DNA of 64,000 nucleotides from a virus: IMG/VR virus record IMGVR_UViG_3300045988_096839; one strand, 5' to 3'. Shown piece by piece: positions 60,895 to 64,000 of this stretch (position 1 is its first letter; each line of letters starts with the position of its first letter). The notes under the pieces were generated by a model. It saw only the letters and a program-made list of their open reading frames with translations, ran no database searches and was not told where the DNA came from. The position numbers and the translations under genes were made by a program.

Positions 60895-62958
60895 TTAATT
60901 AGTAAATGTATATACATTATCATCGTTAAACTTTACTGGACTTTCGTCATCAAACCAATTTTGCGCAAATATTGGTCCATCAAAAAGTAAACGACTCTTG
61001 TTTTCTTTTTCTTTTTCTTTTACTACTACATTAAATAATTGTTCACGATAAATCATTACCTACATTAGAGCCATGACTCTATCGGTATTTATTATATCGT
61101 TGTATGCAATTAATTCCTCTAATAGTGGTTCAGATAGTATGTTGTATAAGTTCTTTTTACCATCAGCATTTATATCATTCAACCAGTCTTTTATTAATCC
61201 TTCACCCCAAGCTTTAATTGATTTGTTCATATGGCAACCTTTCTTTCTCTATACTTTAGAGTTACCAACAATATCATTGATTATATCTGGTTGATCTGCT
61301 AGTAAATAATCACAATGCTTATTAGCAAAGTAAACGAATAAACCTTTATTCTGATTTTCATACATTGCTCTGGCATTATAGTATATCAACAACTTACGAA
61401 TATTTTCGTAGAAGTCATCTGCTGCTTGAGGTCTACCAGTATATTCTGCAACAATTATATCTGAATAAGATTCTATATTCTATATTCTTTTATATATGAT
61501 ACACGAACCTAATGAATTTGTTCCTGACTAATCATGGTCATATGGGTCAATTCCTGCAATATATAAACCAAATGGTGCATCTTTCATAGGATGTTCCCAT
61601 ATAACTATAGAACCAGTAGGATCATCATCTTTATTTAGAGGATAATGTGTAATATCTCCTGTCTTTTTAATTACCCAACTAATATTTCCATCAGGTGTTT
61701 GTACTAAATCACCTATTTGTTTATGATTCTATAGCTGTTTATTTGTACGTATTCTAGCCAACTATTCCTATAGCTCTTTCTTAGGAAATATGTTTCCTCC
61801 AAATTCCAAACAAGCTTCTGCTGGAGTAATACATCTTTCACAAACGTATCTATCTACTGCTACTGAATTAGTAGCATTTTGTATCATTTCTTTACGTTGT
61901 TCTAATATAAAATCTAGAGAAGGTTTACGTAATGTATTACCATCATTATCCATGTAAATACGATTACCTTTATCATCTCTAATATCCATATTAGCATACT
62001 ATGGTATAAAGAATCCACATGTACTAGTTACTGCATTTTCATCCCATATATTCTATAATTCTATACAGTTATATCCTTTTGGTTTATAGAACATATCTTT
62101 TAATGTAGCAAAGTTTGATTCTTCATCTCCACCAGTACCAAATGCTATCATAGTACCAAATGCTATACTATCGACTTCGACAGACGGTCTAGCAATTTGC
62201 CATGCTGCGCCTAATTCTTTAAATGAACCAGCTTCTTCAAATAAGATTAGTTTTGCTTTTTTACCACGGACTATATCAGGATTATCCTTAAGAGTAACAC
62301 CAATTATTTCTGATTTATATCCTAATTCTACTTCATTACCAAATTCATCTTTAGTAAAGAATCCAGCTCTTTTACGCATTGCTGTATTAACAGATCTCTT
62401 CTTACCCCATGCAGTATTCTTATCGATAAAGTCCATATAATCCCATGCTTTAGTAAGAATGCCATCGTCTGTTAAGTATTGTTTATTTGAAGCATACACA
62501 TAAGATTTAGAATTAGGAATAAGGTAGTAATTACGACATAACATAGAACCACCTTTATAAGAATATCCTTTACGTCTACTTTTAAGTACACATAAATGCT
62601 TACCTGATTCCTCAGCATCCTAGATGGTTTGAAAATAAAAATAGTCGTAATCCCAGAAATCAGGGAATGCGACTTCCTAGACAGTCACGATTTTATCTTT
62701 ACCATGTCTGTCTTTTATATTCTTATTTACAGATCTATTAATAGGACAAAAGTTTAAATAGAAATAATTATAACCACTAATCCAATCTCCATCTTCTGCT
62801 GTATATCCTTCCAAACATCTACGTTTCTATTCATCCCAGTAAGAGAAGTATTCTGAAGTATTAGATGCATAATTACAGTATTTACCTGTCTATTCAAACG
62901 TAATAGCCGGCTATCTAAATTTATTACTGTCTATTATTTTTTTATTAAAATCTACCAT
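60895..62958 (-). CDS. terL: terminase large subunit, 687 aa, 14 in-frame TAG
   Basis: ORFs 61768..61989 and 62053..62544 plus unlisted fragments are in one frame; 60895-61767, 61990-62052 and 62545-62958 were walked, TAG only. ATPase-type motifs VLKSRRKGYSYKGG (Walker A-like) and AKLILFEEAG (Walker B-like) are followed by a nuclease-type C-terminal half (IAFGTGGDEE...). ATG 62956-62958, TAA 60895-60897. Confidence 0.8.
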
Positions 62959-62974
62959 TATTGCGCGCTTATTA

Positions 62975-63008
62975 AAAAACTCCCAACCAATAAAGGAAGG
63001 GAGTTTTT
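62975..63008 (-). terminator. hairpin with T-tract between the tRNA pair and terL (weak terminator or attenuator candidate)
   Basis: aaaaactccc (62975-62984) pairs with gggagttttt (62999-63008) across a 14-nt loop. The core is a 5-bp GC stem with A/T extensions, and it sits 17 nt upstream of the terL ATG. Confidence 0.35.
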
Positions 63009-63091
63009 GTGAAAATATTTATTCTTAAAAATCTTAAAATTCATATGATGAAAGTTTTGATAACTTTTAAATTTTTTATTTTAACTTGTAG

Positions 63092-63159
63092 TTCCACAGG
63101 TTGGATTTGAACCAACATCACCGTTCCCTATGGACGTGACTTACTTAGTCGACTGTGGA
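63092..63159 (-). tRNA. degenerate tRNA-like element (68 nt, anticodon arm non-canonical)
   Basis: Minus-strand read: TCCACAG-TC-GACT-AAGTA-AGTC-A-CGTCCATAGGGAACG-GTGAT-GTTGG-TTCAAAT-CCAAC-CTGTGGA-A. It has a perfect 7-bp acceptor stem, a 4-bp D stem and a canonical T arm. The anticodon arm is only 15 nt (stem with a C:A mismatch, loop ATAGG), so no confident anticodon can be read. No encoded CCA. Confidence 0.5.
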
Positions 63160-63267
63160 TAATTAAGATTCCTATTTATTAAATTTTTTAATTGAAGAAA
63201 ATATGTTAAAATTTGAAATAGAAGGGGAATTGAATACCCCAAGTAAGTTTTTTTGTTTGTATTTAAT

Positions 63268-63342
63268 TGGTCCCCCCGCCACCGAATCGAACCCGGACTT
63301 AGAAGGTTAGAGCTTCTCGTGCTACCACTACACCACAGGGGA
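63268..63342 (-). tRNA. suppressor tRNA, anticodon CUA (reads UAG)
   Basis: Minus-strand read: TCCCCTG-TG-GTGT-AGTGGTA-GCAC-G-AGAAG-CTCTAAC-CTTCT-(AAGTC CGGGTTCGATTCGGTGG)-CGGGGGG-A-CCA. It has a 7-bp acceptor stem with two G:U pairs, U8, G10, A14, G18G19 and A21. The 5-bp anticodon stem AGAAG/CTTCT carries a 7-nt loop C-U-CUA-A-C with U33 and A37. The T region contains GGTTCGATTC, but I can only pair 3-4 bp, so the T arm is atypical. Confidence 0.75.
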
Positions 63343-63474
63343 ATTTCGGAGTTCTTTAAAGTCTACTCCGAAAAGACTTTTAAAACCAACCAATGTGTAA
63401 AACCGAGAGGTTAAATATTATGCTTAATCGTATCTCTTTGTTTATCGAACCGCACGAATAGAGTAAAACGAACA

Positions 63475-63741
63475 TTAATTTTTTTCTATTTCTAAAAGAT
63501 AATTCTTAAATGCTAATTCAACTTCTTTTGCTAGTTCAGAAATTATTTGATCTTTGGCTTTATTTATGTTTTCTTTCGAAATTGTTGTACCCAGATCAGC
63601 ATCAAATCTTTTATTTATTTTTAAATAAAGTGATCCATTTGTTGGACGTTCAATATTATTATCTATAATGAATCCAATAGCATGCCAAAATAAACATCCT
63701 TCAAAAGGTTTATCATTTCCTTTTATATTAGTTTCTTTCAT
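63475..63741 (-). CDS. hypothetical protein, 88 aa, no TAG
   Basis: Complete ATG..TAA ORF upstream of the tRNA pair. No family recognised. Confidence 0.55.
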   Translation of the reverse strand: MKETNIKGNDKPFEGCLFWHAIGFIIDNNIERPTNGSLYLKINKRFDADLGTTISKENINKAKDQIISELAKEVELAFKNYLLEIEKN

Positions 63742-63742
63742 A

Positions 63743-63889
63743 TTAAATACCTAATATACGTTTAAACCAATTCTTCTTAGGTAAACCAAGTTGTTTACGT
63801 GCATTCAAATCTGCTTCAATAGCAGCATTAACTTCCCAAACTGTAACGCAATTTGTCAAATCCAAAATATAAGTATCATTCTTTTTCAT
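63743..63889 (-). CDS. possible small protein, 48 aa, no TAG
   Basis: ATG 63887-63889 to TAA 63743-63745 (MKKNDTYILDLTNCVTVWEVNAAIEADLNARKQLGLPKKNWFKRILGI). The stop is 1 nt before the next ATG. Confidence 0.4.
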   Translation of the reverse strand: MKKNDTYILDLTNCVTVWEVNAAIEADLNARKQLGLPKKNWFKRILGI

Positions 63890-64000
63890 AGTTTCTTTAT
63901 CATTTTTTGTTTTAAAAACGTTTTGTTAAAAGTATGTTTCAGTATGTTGTATTATCTATCCAACTCGTATGCATTTATCTGAGCATTACCTCTAACTTTA

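Noticed and set aside
2818-62958. Reading the shattered minus-strand ORFs as pseudogenes or a decayed prophage
   Set aside because: The interruptions are exclusively TAG, never TAA/TGA and never frameshifts. The fragments stay in frame over up to 15 kb, and a cognate CUA-anticodon tRNA is encoded in the same window.
2818-62958. TGA or TAA reassignment instead of, or in addition to, TAG
   Set aside because: Every reconstructed gene terminates at TGA or TAA at a position with sensible spacing to the next start (ATGA, TAATG, 1-15 nt). No in-frame TGA/TAA occurs inside the merged frames I walked.
63224-63240. GGGG-aattgaata-CCCC hairpin between the two tRNAs as a third tRNA remnant
   Set aside because: There is no flanking acceptor, D or anticodon arms, and the loop does not match a T-loop. 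It is probably just a spacer hairpin.
1-64000. CRISPR arrays, integrases, transposases or prophage att boundaries
   Set aside because: No spacer-repeat periodicity, recombinase-like ORF or long direct/inverted terminal repeats are visible in the window.

Overview
This 64-kb window looks like a contiguous piece of a crAss-like (Crassvirales-type) podophage genome. That call is an inference from gene order and motifs; no searches were run, and product names rest on motifs I recognise by eye. Positions 63-2737 carry four plus-strand genes readable in the standard code: a metallophosphoesterase, a PD-(D/E)XK-like nuclease and two unknowns. They converge on a bidirectional terminator at 2739-2776. 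Everything from 2818 to 63889 is on the minus strand. Read 5'->3' on that strand, the order is: two small genes, a tRNA pair (one with a CUA anticodon, i.e. an amber suppressor), TerL, portal, a zincin-motif protein, a scaffold-like protein, the major capsid protein, head/neck genes, a tail-fibre plus lysis block, several large virion proteins, and two giant ORFs of 5,047 and 1,792 codons. The 5,047-codon ORF carries the DFDID motif I associate with crAss-type virion RNA polymerase. The six-frame track looks shattered only because TAG is a sense codon here. I walked the frames by hand and counted about 184 in-frame TAG codons in 29 minus-strand genes. I found no in-frame TAA or TGA between same-frame fragments, and every reconstructed gene ends in TAA or TGA. 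The TAG-free genes are informative in themselves: two homing endonucleases, the scaffold-like gene, a 948-codon receptor-binding cassette, the two genes upstream of the tRNAs, and the plus-strand block.
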